In this document: piece after piece, positions 10,056 through 21,826 of the stretch
Numbering within the stretch: position 1 is the stretch's first letter
How the letters are laid out: each line of letters begins with the position of its first letter
Made by a program: the position numbers and the translations under genes
Notes under the pieces: generated by a model
Database searches by the model: none
What the model was told of the DNA's origin: nothing
What the model saw: the letters and a program-made list of their open reading frames with translations, nothing else
Source of the DNA: a virus
Lineage: Duplodnaviria > Caudoviricetes
Virus record (IMG/VR): IMGVR_UViG_3300030419_006697
Location: 1-63,851 of that record
Length of the DNA stretch: 63,851 nucleotides
Reading direction: 5' to 3' (one strand)

Positions 10056-11557
10056 TGAGCATAAAAAGATATTACGCCACAAAAGATAATACAATTACAA
10101 ATGCCTATAAAGCTAATCTTACTACGCGCGGCGTAAGCGGAAATATGGGCCAATCTGATATTTTAGAAGTTTTTAGCATTTATGGACAAGTTAGTTCTAG
10201 CTCTGGCTTGTCTTCCGAGCTTTCAAGGGTCCTTGTTCAATTTGATACATCACAAATTTCAACAGACAGAACAAATGGTGCGATTCCGGCGTCAGGAAGT
10301 GTTAATTTTTATTTAACAATGTATGACGCAGAACACACTCAAACAACTCCAAAAGATTATACATTAGTAGTTTCCGCAATTTCACAGTCTTGGGATGAGG
10401 GCCTAGGCCTCGATATGGAAAATTATACAGATGAAGATTCATCAAACTGGTTATCATCTAGTGGCGTCACAAAATGGGTCGATGATAACGGCAACATACT
10501 TGAAGGGGGAAGCTACAAAACCGGCTCAAATGCGGCACCATTGGAATACCATTTCACTCAATCATTTGATACTGGATTTGAAAATTTAGAAATCGATGTT
10601 AGCCACCTTGTCGAAGATTGGATCAAAGATGTTTCAGGAGGAGGATGGACAAATTATGGTTTCGGCGTCCATCTTACAAGCTCTGATGAAACAGCTACTG
10701 ATTCATATTATACTAAAATGTTCTTTGCAAGAGGTTCTCAATTTTTCTTTAAAAGACCAGTTATTGAGGCGCGCTGGGATGATAGCAAAAAAGACAATAG
10801 AGGTAATTTTCTTTTAAGTTCTTCGTTAGTACCGGCATCTGATAATTTGATGAATCTATATCTTTATAACATCGTGCGTGGAAATTTAACAAATATTCCT
10901 GCAGTTGGAACTAGAGATATGCTTGTCAGTATTTACAGTGGAAGTCAAGCCGGTGCCCCAACAGGGGATAAACTATTTTCACCGGTTGGAGGAGGTGTTG
11001 TAGCGACTGGTGATGTAAACATTACTGCATCGTGGGTGGAAACTGGTATTTATTCTTGCTCTTTTGCTTACGTCTCTTCTAGTATTACAAAAATATTTGA
11101 TGTTTGGCACAGTGGCTCTATTGAATATCATACTGGTTCATCTATTTCTGTTGGCACTTTTGACAGCAAAGATTACAATTTTGATCAAAAATATGTCTCA
11201 AAAGTTACCAATTTAAGAGCAATATATTCAACTAATGAGACAGCTAGGTTCAGGCTTTATGTAAGACAAAAAGATTGGTCTCCAACTATTTATACAGTAG
11301 CGTCGACCGAGATTGAAACTTCAATAATTGAGGATGCTTACTACAAGCTAGCTAGAGTATCTGATAATTTAGAAGTCATTCCTTTTGGCACAGGCTCTTT
11401 AAATCATACACGGCTTTCATATGACACTAGTGGCAGTTATTTCGATTTAAAAATGAATTTGCTAGACACAGACGAGATATATGAATTAAGTTTTGCATAT
11501 GTAATAAACGGTAGCTACGTTGAACAACCCGAAAGATTTAGATTTAGAGTGGAATAA
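10055..11557 (+). CDS. Baseplate-associated virion structural protein (DNRLRE-like beta-sandwich N-terminus)
   Basis: ATKDNTI...SRVLVQFD...SWDEG...P.IEARWDD pattern; TAATG-coupled to the gp6-like gene. Confidence 0.55.
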   Translation: MSIKRYYATKDNTITNAYKANLTTRGVSGNMGQSDILEVFSIYGQVSSSSGLSSELSRVLVQFDTSQISTDRTNGAIPASGSVNFYLTMYDAEHTQTTPKDYTLVVSAISQSWDEGLGLDMENYTDEDSSNWLSSSGVTKWVDDNGNILEGGSYKTGSNAAPLEYHFTQSFDTGFENLEIDVSHLVEDWIKDVSGGGWTNYGFGVHLTSSDETATDSYYTKMFFARGSQFFFKRPVIEARWDDSKKDNRGNFLLSSSLVPASDNLMNLYLYNIVRGNLTNIPAVGTRDMLVSIYSGSQAGAPTGDKLFSPVGGGVVATGDVNITASWVETGIYSCSFAYVSSSITKIFDVWHSGSIEYHTGSSISVGTFDSKDYNFDQKYVSKVTNLRAIYSTNETARFRLYVRQKDWSPTIYTVASTEIETSIIEDAYYKLARVSDNLEVIPFGTGSLNHTRLSYDTSGSYFDLKMNLLDTDEIYELSFAYVINGSYVEQPERFRFRVE

Positions 11558-11560
11558 TAT

Positions 11561-14500
11561 ATGGCTTTAAAAGATTTATTTAAAGAGGCAAAGACACAAT
11601 ATCTAGCCGCTACGTCATTAGATCAATTAACAGGCAATCTTGAATCTGCAGATTATATAAAATTTTATTTAAGAAATAAAGATCGATTTGTCCCGCTTGT
11701 TGATTATTCAAAACCAGAAAATTTTGCTCGTTTTGGATCGGCAGAGAAATATTATTATGATAGCATTAACTGGATAGCGGATAATTATCCATATGATGGC
11801 TCTAAAAAAGAGCAAATATTATGGGAACTTTCCTCTTCTTACCTAGATCTTTACATTTTTGAAAATGACTATCCTAGAACTACTGGTTATGCCGTTTTTA
11901 CAACTGCTAGCTTAACTGCAACAGATGTATCTACTGGCAATTGGGGATCATATGGCGCAGCCGGAACAGCTTCATATGAATACGTTTTTGTAAATGGTGG
12001 CCCCAATGAAGGTATAGGAAATGCAATTTATCTAGATCCCGATTCAGGTGAGGCTAAATATCGTAAAAATGCAAATATATGGGATACTTCAAAAAATAGA
12101 GAATGTAATCTTAAGATAGGCGGAACAGATGGAAATACTGTTGAATTTTGGTTAAAAAAGGCCGCCTTCAATCCAGCAGCTACCAGAAAAGAAGTCATAT
12201 TTGATATTCACACTACATCTTCAATTTCTTCAAGTGCTGATTATGGTCGCCTCCGAATTGAGATGTCTGGTCACGGTGTGGCGACTAATACGCAGTCTCC
12301 ATTTTATATCACATATGTATCTGGAACATCTGGTGTAGCCAATTACAGCATAGGTAGCTCCATTACAACAGCATCTGTTGCTGATAACGAATGGCATCAC
12401 TATGCCTTTCGTATGAAAAATAGTGGCACTGATCTTATTGCTGATTTGTTTATTGATGGCGAACATAATCACCGCATCACTCGATCAGGAGCCGCAATTA
12501 ATTATGTTAGTGGCACTATAGTTGGCAATATTGCTGCATTAGCTACACATCCTTCAGGCACACACGCCGGCGCCCCAGCTGCCACAAAAGGATGGGGAAA
12601 ATTATCTGGCTCAATTGACGAATTTAGATACTGGAAGATTTGGAGAAATTCAGAGCAGATACAGACTAGATGGTTTGATCAATACGGCGGTGGTACGAAT
12701 ACCGATGACGCCAATACGGATTTAGGCGTGTATTACAAGTTTAATGAAGGTATCACTCTTACATCTTCTATTGATTCTAGAGTTTTAGACTTTTCTGGTC
12801 GAGTAAGTAATGGAACCTGGACTGGCTATAGTTCTGAATATTCACGAAATACTGGTTCTGCTATTAATAGCGCAAACATTACTTTAACTAACTTTACAGG
12901 TAGTGAATTTAGAGATCCCATTGTATATAAACAGCATCCAGCTTTTCGAAATCTAGTGAGTTCAAAGCGCCGTGTAGGAAAAGAATATGATTTCACAAAT
13001 TCATCCAATATATATTATAGCTTACCAGCTTGGATAATCGAAGACCACGATGCAAATAATCCTGATAATGATGGTATTATTGATAATTCACTGTGGAATT
13101 TAACGCAAATAATAAGTAGTTATTTTGATGTTGCCGCATCACAAATACAATCTCTGCCTTCATTAGCTCAACCTAATTATCCAAGTGCATCGATGAAACC
13201 AGTTCCGTTTATTGATAGAATATTAGAATCCAAGGGCTTTATAAGCCCGGAGATATTTTCAGCTATTGATGCTCTAGAGTCTTTTGAAAATAGAGACAAC
13301 AACTCTCTTTATAGTCAAAAGATATATGACATCAAGAACACTATTTATCGAAATATATATAACAACTTAACATACATCAACAAATCAAAGGGAACGGAAA
13401 AGTCTTTTAGAAACCTCGTTAGATGCTTTGGCATTGATGATGAGATTTATAAGTTTAATATGTATGGCAATAATGTTGAATACATATTGAGAGATAATTT
13501 TAGAACAATATCTGAAAGATATAGGCTCATTAATTTTAATGACACATTCAACAGCGATGCTGTTGTATATCAGTATTCTAGTAGTGCAAATCCCAATTCT
13601 ACAACTTTTATTTCCGCTAGTAATGTATACGACTCAACACAAGAAGGTGCAGGCTTGCCTTTCACTGTTGAAGCAAATATCATCTTTCCAAACAGAGTTG
13701 ATCAAGGGGATTATCATTCTTTAAGGAAAGACGACACAGCTGTTCGAAATCAATATCCACTGCTGCTGACTTCAAGCTTGTTTGGTATGCATACGGCTAT
13801 CGATACTGACCCAGCTGAAACCACTTGGAATCCTAATGATTACGCTAATTTTATAGTGAGAGCGGTAAAAACAGAAACGTTTACAAATAAGGCATATTTT
13901 GTACTTACAGGCTCTGCCGGCGGCTTTATGCCCGAACTATCCTCTTCTGTCTTTGACGAAGTTTATAGCGATAAAAATTGGCAATTTATGGTATCTTTAT
14001 ACCCATCTGCATATCCGAATGCGAATGAAGTTAGTGGTACAGCTGATAAAGACTATACAGTGCAGTTTTCCGGTATACATAGCATCACAGACACAACAAT
14101 AAATGAATTCACAGTTACTGGAACTATGACATCTACACAAGCAGCTCAATTTCTAGCTAGTCCGAAAAGATTATTTGTAGGCGCTCATCGCACCAACTTC
14201 ACTGGATCCTTAATAACCAGAAGCGATGTCAAGTTTAATACTTTACGTGTTTGGCAAAATAAATTAAGTATTGATGATCTTCGAATGCATTCTCGGAATC
14301 CAAAGAATTATGGATTCTCTGATCCTGAACAGAATGCATATTTGTTCAATACTTCTATAAACAAGGTTTATGTCCCAAATAAAGAGACTCTTCTACTTCA
14401 TTGGAATTTCGATAATGTAACTGGTTCCGATGCTAGCGGCGAATTTATAGTTGAAGATTTAACTTCTGGATCAGTTAGTCAAATTAATAGGTATGGATGG

Positions 14501-17500
14501 TTAGGTAATCTCGCCAAACAGCAATATATTGGAAAGGCATTTGAATTCAGCACCAGCAGTGCTGATGTTGTGGTTATTGATGAAATAGTCACTGCAAGGC
14601 CAAATTTACCGGAGGTAATGAGTAGTGATGACACTATCACTGTAATGCAGAATGACGATGTATACTTTACCAGAGAGAAAAGGCCAATATTTTTCGATCT
14701 TTATGTAGAAAAAAGCGCTTATCAAAATATTTCTGAAGAAATGATGAAATTTATAGCCACCATAGTTGACTTTAACCAACTAATTGGTCAACCGGTTGAT
14801 AGATATCGTGACGAATATAAAGCGCTAGCACAATTAAGACAACTATTCTTTCAAAGAGTCACAAATCCACCAGATATCGATAAATACATAGAATATTTTA
14901 AATGGTTTGATGTTGCCATCTCCGCAATGATACAGCAAATAGCTCCAATGTCTTCTGGACTTTCCGAAAGACCGTTGAGAAATATAATTGAGTCTCACAT
15001 ACTAGAGCGAAATAAATATCGGAGCAAATTCCCATCATATGAATTCAAACAAAGCGATCCAGAAGGGTCTTTGCTTGGTGTTAATGAAATGCTTTATGAG
15101 TGGGATTCTGGACACGCACCGTTAAATGAAAGTCAAAATACAAATTGCAACTGGTGGAAAGACCGAGCTGATCGATCTGGAGTAGGCATTACTTCTGGTG
15201 ATACCGGAGTAGATTCAGATAGAAATACAATATTGACAGTTTTAAATAACCAAAACAACGCATCGGCTCCAAATTTAAGCGGATCAACTGGTACTTATTC
15301 TGGCTCTGTTTTTGCTATTAGAAGATTTGCCAGGCCTTATAAGATCAGAGCTGCTGAAGCGCGCGGCTATGGCGGTGGTGTAAACTTTTCTAAAAATAAA
15401 AATCTAGATTATATTGACCCAATAGTAAAAATATTTGATACAAATACGGCAGTCACAAGAACAAACGAATTACGATTTAATAAGTCAGACTTTTTCTCAT
15501 CCTCTTGCGAAGACGATAGTGCATTAAACGATAAGCCTCCTGTTGATTTCTGGGTAAGAGATTCTGGCCCAGATGCTAATCCAATTGGAACCGGTGAGCA
15601 ATATGCACCATTTAATATTGTTAGTTCCTCTGCGCAAGACACTTTGTTTACAAATGTCAATGTTGTCAACTTACATAATGATACATATGGACCAAACAAA
15701 GAAGTTCCAATGCAAGGTCCGTTTACTGAAAAGTTTGTTGGAGGTAAACAATATCGCCATATTTGGACCAATTTTGATGCATCTGATACTAAACAAAATA
15801 GACCAGAAGGTTGGCGATATGAGGATGGTGCTGCTACTGCGTATATCATTCCTGCTGCCCAAACAGCTCCACAAGTTTTCGATGCAGACTTGCCTCGTGC
15901 TGTTTATTATCGCGACGAAGTAGCTAAAAGACCTGTAAATATCAAAAACCTTCTACAAGGAACTGGTTCAACAGAGGAAGGATTATACACAGTTCTTGGT
16001 AACTATTCGAAAGGCTATGAAATAGTAATGACCAATGGTCGTTCCATCAACAATAGATATCTTGCAGAGTCTGATGGTGAACTTCCAACAACTAGTACTG
16101 ATAATTTTTATATTTCCGGAGCAGTTGATTATACCCTTCCCAGGAGAGACCTAACTGGTAGTAATTCTTTTATTATTGTTAATCGCTTTGCCGCTCCTGG
16201 CGGCCCAGCAACAATGGGCGAAGGAATGCTCGATGTTGAAGCTGCAGAATATAGTGTCTATAATGCTTTGCCATTTAGAAATTTAGAAGTTATTCAACCA
16301 CTAAACGAATTATATTCTGATCATAGCAAACAATTTGGATATTTCAGCGATGCATTCAATTCTGCTAGTTATGTCAGAGCTGGGCTAGCCTATCCCGGGA
16401 CTAGTGGCTCTGTAACTGAAGATAATTATGACGGTAATCCGCCTTCTGCTTCTTTCCACAAGGTCAACAGAAACACAAGAAAACAAATTAAATATGGGAA
16501 TGAATATGCTGGCGATCTTGCCACTATTATCACTGCATCTGTATATGATAATTGGTTTGTGCAACATCAAATTCCACAAACGGATGTTCGATATGCTTGG
16601 ATTACATCTAGCTTGATCGATAACTATTCTGGCCCCGGTCTTTATTGGTTCGAACAGCCAGACTTCAGCAATGCCAGTTTAGCTTCTACTGATCTTACAT
16701 TCTTGAGTGCTAGCGATTCTGGAAGCGGTGATTTTAAAGTTGATTTTGCTGGGTTAAACACTCTTGTTGTTGATAATGTGTTGTCTGCTTCAAATTTGCT
16801 ATCTAGTTCAAATTACTTCAATAATTCATTCTCTACTTTAAACAGCCTAATGGAGACGAATGCGCTAGTATTACACAGAAATGGGCCATATGGATCTGCG
16901 AATTGGAAGCTTTATAAGAAAGATAATCACCCAATTGTGAGAGCACATAGAAGCGAAAATAGATTAAGTTACATAAAACCGCTCACAGTAAAGAACACTG
17001 TAAACAACTTTACATTACAAACTAGAGAAATTGCTTCCGTATTTGAGCCCCCAATAACCAGTAAATATAAGCCATTGGTTCACGATTTGCTAGCAAAGCA
17101 AAGTCAAATAATGCCATTGCCAAATGCTGATGGGACATTTCCGAAGACGAAAACACAAAAAACAGTAATTAACCATTCATATGGAAATAATGTTAACTTT
17201 TTCACAGACCATTCAGAGGATGAGATTGATTTAGATTCATTATTACTCGGCAAAGAAAATAAAGATATTCCACAACAAACAGTGGATATAATAAACTACT
17301 ACATCAATTCGCCTCAAATACCAGAATTTCAGAATCCAATTGCGCAATTCAATTCATTAATGATATCAGAGACTATATTCCCGAAAGGGCAATATACTTA
17401 TCTCTCTAAAATTAGGCAACGTGAAAACTATGTTAATGGGTTTTGGAGAGATAGTCGCACAATTAGAGCCTCGCGAGGCGAAGAAAACCTTGTTCCATTT

Positions 17501-20500
17501 CTGGACTTAACCGTTGTTGAAAATCCTGCTGAATTAAGTGATTATGGTTTAAATATTACTGCTAGCATTTGGGATTTAGATGCCCGTTTGAATTATGCGA
17601 CAGCTTCACCGGGTCGAATTAAATCTGGAACCTTGGAAGGGTCGATATCGAGTGGTGAATTGATGCCAATAATTTCTGGTACTTCTGATCAAGCTGGTTT
17701 GTTGCAAAACTCTTTATACCCCTACAGCCCATATTTATATATCACTGGAGCCTCTGCCCCAGTAAATACAGGTGAGAAATTCGCATTTTATTCGATATTG
17801 GTTCCTCAATACAACAGAAGAGTTGCTAGTGTTATACCGTCAGACACTACTCACGAATATAAATCTGGAGACACTAAATGGGAAGCAGGGGAACAAGCTA
17901 GCCTATCGCCATTTTATGATACATATTCTGATTATGTCGATGACATAAAAAGAACTGGGAAAGGCCATGGCCTGATGCCTGAATTTAGAATGTCAGAACA
18001 TATGGACTTCTATCTTAATCAAGCCTCTGGAGATTTCTTGGTGGACAACACCGCTTCATTCAGTATAACAGGTTCAATTGTCTCTTCTAGTGCGAACAAT
18101 GATTTTTATAAAACCTATTCGAATACTGATTTTCTAGAAACTTTCAGTGTCATAAATGATGATTATAATGAAACAGCCGATGCTACTAAAATTACGCTTT
18201 CTGTGGATGCACTTATAAAATTCTTACCTTATGATGGATTTTATCCTTCAGAGAGAACAACTCAATTATCAAAGATGTTTTTTGAAAGCTATCAGAATAA
18301 TTTTGCGATCACAGGAAACATTTTTAATCGTAGCGGAGAGGGTTTGGAAATTGGAGCTGACTTAAACAATGCGCAAGCAGGATTTATTGGTCCAATTTGG
18401 AAATCACTATTTGCGCCTGGAATTCTTTATAATAGCGTTAAATCAGGAATGGCGGTTGATTATCCGGTACATACAACCAATAACCCCACTTTACCCTTGA
18501 GAATTAGCGGCTCTCCTAATCAAAGAAACAGCTTGGGATATCTAGAAGATATTCCTAGAATTGCTACTGATTTTGATTATAGAATTCCGTTTGAAGCACT
18601 GTTAGATCCAGAAGGAGAAATAGGCCCAGCTGGTCAAATAATAGACAACGAACCTCATCCTTCATCAAGTTTAAATTTAACTGCTTCTTTAGCCGGCACA
18701 GGCAAGAATAATTACAAATTGGCAATGAATAACTTCCTAGCATCAACAATTGACTTTTTCAAAGCCGATGGTAAACTTACTACCTTATCTTCGCTACCAG
18801 ATAATGATCCGAATTTTGGAAATTTTGATTTAAATAAAGAATATAGAATGAGAATTGTTTGTTCGCACGCAAAATTCAAGAGACAATCAGATATAACAAA
18901 ATACTTTTCTACTCTTAATTCTAAAACAACTGCTTCCTTTATTTGGAATCCGCAAAGCTTGGTGATGTATGCCAGAACAGGAAGTGATCCAACAGCTAGA
19001 GCTGATTATTATGGCTCTTCTTTTGGGCCGCCAATATGGAATGGCACATTGTTACAAAATAGCGATTATGGCCTGAACAATGGTTTGTTATATGGTAGCG
19101 CATCTTATGAACCATATACTCCTTCTTATTATGACGGATATAGTCACATTGAATTAATTTACAGGCCAGAAGTAGAAGGCGAGTCGTTGCCTTCAATAGT
19201 ATCTCAATTATCACAAAGTTTTGTCAGATACAAGACAGGATTCCATCAAGGGACAATATCCGGATCTGCAGAAAAATCTGCGATGAACTTGAGTGCTAGT
19301 TTAAATTATCTTCAATTGGCTACCGAGCCAAATGTAATATTTGATCAACTAGGAAACCCAATTCAAATTGGCGGTGATTCTGTTGGAGCAGGAACTAAAT
19401 TGGTAATTCAGCCAAAATGGGAATCACCGGTGTTGAACTTTAAAGACGTAACTGTAACACTGCCCTCAATTGGCTCTGGTTCTGTGGCGCGCGGTATGTG
19501 GCATCAATATGGTTCCATCCCAGTTGGCCAAGAAGGTCTAGTGTTACAAATACAAGATCTAGATAGCTCTGAACTTTCAAATCCAAAACTTACTGGGTCG
19601 CTAGCGGATGTAATGGGATTCAAAAAGACCCCGGTTAAGATCGGCACAATTGCTGAAAGTAAGACAATATCTGAAGCTGTTGTGGCTATACCTTATTACT
19701 TTAGTCCGACTGGAATTCAAAGCAAGTTTTTAATTGAAAGGGATACTGTCGATATGGCTATTGAAATAGTGGATAGCGGCGGCATTTCGCCTGCATTTAA
19801 AGAGATTATAACTGCCTTCCCTGAAAGAAAGCCGACCGAAGAAGTAATCGATATGGTTCGGAAAATGAAAAAATTTGTTATACCTCCAAAATTTGACTTT
19901 GTCACCAATAAAAACATTAAACCTTTTGCTATGTTTATTTTTGATTTTGAGGTTACATTAAGCCAACAAGATTTGGCTAATATTTGGCAAAATTTGACTC
20001 CTAAAGTTGGAACTTCATTCCAAAAAACATCAGTATCTTTACCAGTAGATATTTTTATGCCAAATGAGCAGAAGGGGACTGGTCTTATGGGTGATCGTGT
20101 TAATCCGCTTTTCCCCAATGATGTCAGGAATTTACCAGATACTACTCGCTGGATGGTTTTCAAAGCCAAACAGAGAGCAGCTTATAATTATTTTGCAAAG
20201 ACAGCACAATCTACGGATGATGATCGATATAAATTTAAATTTAATATTGGTGCAGCTGGCGCCGAAAAAGAATCAGTTCCAAACTACAGTTATAATTGGC
20301 CATTTGATTTCTTTAGTTTGGTGGAATTGGCTAAAATAGACACCACAGTTGAAATAACTCCACAAAACACAACAGTAAATTCACCACCTGACAAGGCAAT
20401 TAAGAATGATTATTTTGCGACAGAGGTGTTTGAAGAAGCTTCTGGACAGCCTTCTGCGGTTGCAGCATTTGAAAGTGGACCTTCAGATACTGTTAGCAAA

Positions 20501-20794
20501 GTAGAGAAAAGCCTAGGCTCCGCCGCCTCACCCTTTCAGCAGACTGCCAGTAAGAGCCAATTTGACTCTTCAGATGCAGCCTTTACTGATCAGGTTAATC
20601 AAGAATTGAAAAAATCTGCTCAAGAAGCTGCTCAATTTGAAAAAGAGCAGCAGCAAAAACAGCCAGTGACAAAAGAGGAAGAGTTAGGATTAGGCACTTC
20701 ATTTGCTGCTGCTGGCCAGCAAAAAAAGAAGAGACCGGGAGCAGGAAAGGGAGTAAAAAAATATCACTCTACGCCAAAGAAAAAAGGAAGATAA
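11561..20794 (+). CDS. 3077-aa baseplate wedge protein (gp7/P2 I-like segment) with LamG/concanavalin-like domains
   Basis: NNLTYINKSKGTEKSFRNLVRCFG (gp7/gpI-like K.KGT motif); LamG motifs TVEFWLK, EWHHYAF, GSIDEFRYW. Confidence 0.65.
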   Translation: MALKDLFKEAKTQYLAATSLDQLTGNLESADYIKFYLRNKDRFVPLVDYSKPENFARFGSAEKYYYDSINWIADNYPYDGSKKEQILWELSSSYLDLYIFENDYPRTTGYAVFTTASLTATDVSTGNWGSYGAAGTASYEYVFVNGGPNEGIGNAIYLDPDSGEAKYRKNANIWDTSKNRECNLKIGGTDGNTVEFWLKKAAFNPAATRKEVIFDIHTTSSISSSADYGRLRIEMSGHGVATNTQSPFYITYVSGTSGVANYSIGSSITTASVADNEWHHYAFRMKNSGTDLIADLFIDGEHNHRITRSGAAINYVSGTIVGNIAALATHPSGTHAGAPAATKGWGKLSGSIDEFRYWKIWRNSEQIQTRWFDQYGGGTNTDDANTDLGVYYKFNEGITLTSSIDSRVLDFSGRVSNGTWTGYSSEYSRNTGSAINSANITLTNFTGSEFRDPIVYKQHPAFRNLVSSKRRVGKEYDFTNSSNIYYSLPAWIIEDHDANNPDNDGIIDNSLWNLTQIISSYFDVAASQIQSLPSLAQPNYPSASMKPVPFIDRILESKGFISPEIFSAIDALESFENRDNNSLYSQKIYDIKNTIYRNIYNNLTYINKSKGTEKSFRNLVRCFGIDDEIYKFNMYGNNVEYILRDNFRTISERYRLINFNDTFNSDAVVYQYSSSANPNSTTFISASNVYDSTQEGAGLPFTVEANIIFPNRVDQGDYHSLRKDDTAVRNQYPLLLTSSLFGMHTAIDTDPAETTWNPNDYANFIVRAVKTETFTNKAYFVLTGSAGGFMPELSSSVFDEVYSDKNWQFMVSLYPSAYPNANEVSGTADKDYTVQFSGIHSITDTTINEFTVTGTMTSTQAAQFLASPKRLFVGAHRTNFTGSLITRSDVKFNTLRVWQNKLSIDDLRMHSRNPKNYGFSDPEQNAYLFNTSINKVYVPNKETLLLHWNFDNVTGSDASGEFIVEDLTSGSVSQINRYGWLGNLAKQQYIGKAFEFSTSSADVVVIDEIVTARPNLPEVMSSDDTITVMQNDDVYFTREKRPIFFDLYVEKSAYQNISEEMMKFIATIVDFNQLIGQPVDRYRDEYKALAQLRQLFFQRVTNPPDIDKYIEYFKWFDVAISAMIQQIAPMSSGLSERPLRNIIESHILERNKYRSKFPSYEFKQSDPEGSLLGVNEMLYEWDSGHAPLNESQNTNCNWWKDRADRSGVGITSGDTGVDSDRNTILTVLNNQNNASAPNLSGSTGTYSGSVFAIRRFARPYKIRAAEARGYGGGVNFSKNKNLDYIDPIVKIFDTNTAVTRTNELRFNKSDFFSSSCEDDSALNDKPPVDFWVRDSGPDANPIGTGEQYAPFNIVSSSAQDTLFTNVNVVNLHNDTYGPNKEVPMQGPFTEKFVGGKQYRHIWTNFDASDTKQNRPEGWRYEDGAATAYIIPAAQTAPQVFDADLPRAVYYRDEVAKRPVNIKNLLQGTGSTEEGLYTVLGNYSKGYEIVMTNGRSINNRYLAESDGELPTTSTDNFYISGAVDYTLPRRDLTGSNSFIIVNRFAAPGGPATMGEGMLDVEAAEYSVYNALPFRNLEVIQPLNELYSDHSKQFGYFSDAFNSASYVRAGLAYPGTSGSVTEDNYDGNPPSASFHKVNRNTRKQIKYGNEYAGDLATIITASVYDNWFVQHQIPQTDVRYAWITSSLIDNYSGPGLYWFEQPDFSNASLASTDLTFLSASDSGSGDFKVDFAGLNTLVVDNVLSASNLLSSSNYFNNSFSTLNSLMETNALVLHRNGPYGSANWKLYKKDNHPIVRAHRSENRLSYIKPLTVKNTVNNFTLQTREIASVFEPPITSKYKPLVHDLLAKQSQIMPLPNADGTFPKTKTQKTVINHSYGNNVNFFTDHSEDEIDLDSLLLGKENKDIPQQTVDIINYYINSPQIPEFQNPIAQFNSLMISETIFPKGQYTYLSKIRQRENYVNGFWRDSRTIRASRGEENLVPFLDLTVVENPAELSDYGLNITASIWDLDARLNYATASPGRIKSGTLEGSISSGELMPIISGTSDQAGLLQNSLYPYSPYLYITGASAPVNTGEKFAFYSILVPQYNRRVASVIPSDTTHEYKSGDTKWEAGEQASLSPFYDTYSDYVDDIKRTGKGHGLMPEFRMSEHMDFYLNQASGDFLVDNTASFSITGSIVSSSANNDFYKTYSNTDFLETFSVINDDYNETADATKITLSVDALIKFLPYDGFYPSERTTQLSKMFFESYQNNFAITGNIFNRSGEGLEIGADLNNAQAGFIGPIWKSLFAPGILYNSVKSGMAVDYPVHTTNNPTLPLRISGSPNQRNSLGYLEDIPRIATDFDYRIPFEALLDPEGEIGPAGQIIDNEPHPSSSLNLTASLAGTGKNNYKLAMNNFLASTIDFFKADGKLTTLSSLPDNDPNFGNFDLNKEYRMRIVCSHAKFKRQSDITKYFSTLNSKTTASFIWNPQSLVMYARTGSDPTARADYYGSSFGPPIWNGTLLQNSDYGLNNGLLYGSASYEPYTPSYYDGYSHIELIYRPEVEGESLPSIVSQLSQSFVRYKTGFHQGTISGSAEKSAMNLSASLNYLQLATEPNVIFDQLGNPIQIGGDSVGAGTKLVIQPKWESPVLNFKDVTVTLPSIGSGSVARGMWHQYGSIPVGQEGLVLQIQDLDSSELSNPKLTGSLADVMGFKKTPVKIGTIAESKTISEAVVAIPYYFSPTGIQSKFLIERDTVDMAIEIVDSGGISPAFKEIITAFPERKPTEEVIDMVRKMKKFVIPPKFDFVTNKNIKPFAMFIFDFEVTLSQQDLANIWQNLTPKVGTSFQKTSVSLPVDIFMPNEQKGTGLMGDRVNPLFPNDVRNLPDTTRWMVFKAKQRAAYNYFAKTAQSTDDDRYKFKFNIGAAGAEKESVPNYSYNWPFDFFSLVELAKIDTTVEITPQNTTVNSPPDKAIKNDYFATEVFEEASGQPSAVAAFESGPSDTVSKVEKSLGSAASPFQQTASKSQFDSSDAAFTDQVNQELKKSAQEAAQFEKEQQQKQPVTKEEELGLGTSFAAAGQQKKKRPGAGKGVKKYHSTPKKKGR

Positions 20795-21826
20795 ATGAGC
20801 TATTTAGATCCAAAAGAAAGAGTAATAGATTTACAACTAACTTCTTACGGTAAATATTTATTATCAATAGGAAAGTTAAATCCGGTGTATTATGCATTCT
20901 TTGATGATGACGTTTTATATGATGGTCAATATGCAAGCATTTTAGAGTCACAAAGTGATATTGAACCAAGAATTCAAGAAGGCACGCCACGACTGTCAGT
21001 GCAAACTGCATATTCAGGCAGGGATTTGGAAATATTTAACAAGAATCCAAACATAATAAACAATTTAATAATTGGCAGTGATATCGAAGATGAAGAAAAA
21101 CTTAAACAAGGACTTATAAAAATAGCAGACGAACCAGAAGCTGCCGAAATACTACAACAGCCTTTGGGCAAATCAAATCCACAATATGATTTTGCCCCTG
21201 CGTGGAGTATTAATTTTCTAAAACAGCCTTTATCTTCATCAACTAATTATTTAAGTATTAGTAGCTCTAGAGGAGAACAATTCCGAAACATACCACAGCT
21301 AGAGGCTGATGTTTTATTTGAAATAAAGAAAAATTCAGCCAATGTGGCTTCTTCTGATGTGTCAGATATGGGCTTTTTGTCTGCTGAAACAGAATATATC
21401 AGCCAATTGGAGTTTTCGGATGGTTCTAATATAGTAGTAGATAACACTTCTTTCATCGCTTTAAAGATAGAAGAGGACAACACCTTTTTTGAAGATGAGA
21501 ATTTTGAGGTGGAATTTTTTAGGGTGCTGACTATTAATGGCGAGGAAACATTGATTCCTTTAACATATTTTGATGCAGGAGTCGATGATCCAGAAGAACT
21601 AGAAGAGGAATTGGGCGTTCACGGCAACACTCAATGCGTTCAGAGCTATTTAACTGTTCGCATTGATGAAGAAATCGATTTAGATGTTATATGTCCTTTA
21701 ATAGGCAACGATCAAGTAAAAAACATCTATCAAGATGGTATATTCAAATGCGAGGACAAGGGAGAAGATCTTGATACGCTTGATATATATGAAGATACCG
21801 ACGACACAGAGGATATATGTGACTAA
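20795..21826 (+). CDS. Virion structural protein; N-terminus paralogous to 28460..29398
   Basis: MSYLD...IDLQLTSYGKYLLSIG...AFFDDDVLY aligns by eye with MAFLD...LDAVLTDTGRARLAKG...ALGDDEIDY. Confidence 0.55.
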   Translation: MSYLDPKERVIDLQLTSYGKYLLSIGKLNPVYYAFFDDDVLYDGQYASILESQSDIEPRIQEGTPRLSVQTAYSGRDLEIFNKNPNIINNLIIGSDIEDEEKLKQGLIKIADEPEAAEILQQPLGKSNPQYDFAPAWSINFLKQPLSSSTNYLSISSSRGEQFRNIPQLEADVLFEIKKNSANVASSDVSDMGFLSAETEYISQLEFSDGSNIVVDNTSFIALKIEEDNTFFEDENFEVEFFRVLTINGEETLIPLTYFDAGVDDPEELEEELGVHGNTQCVQSYLTVRIDEEIDLDVICPLIGNDQVKNIYQDGIFKCEDKGEDLDTLDIYEDTDDTEDICD

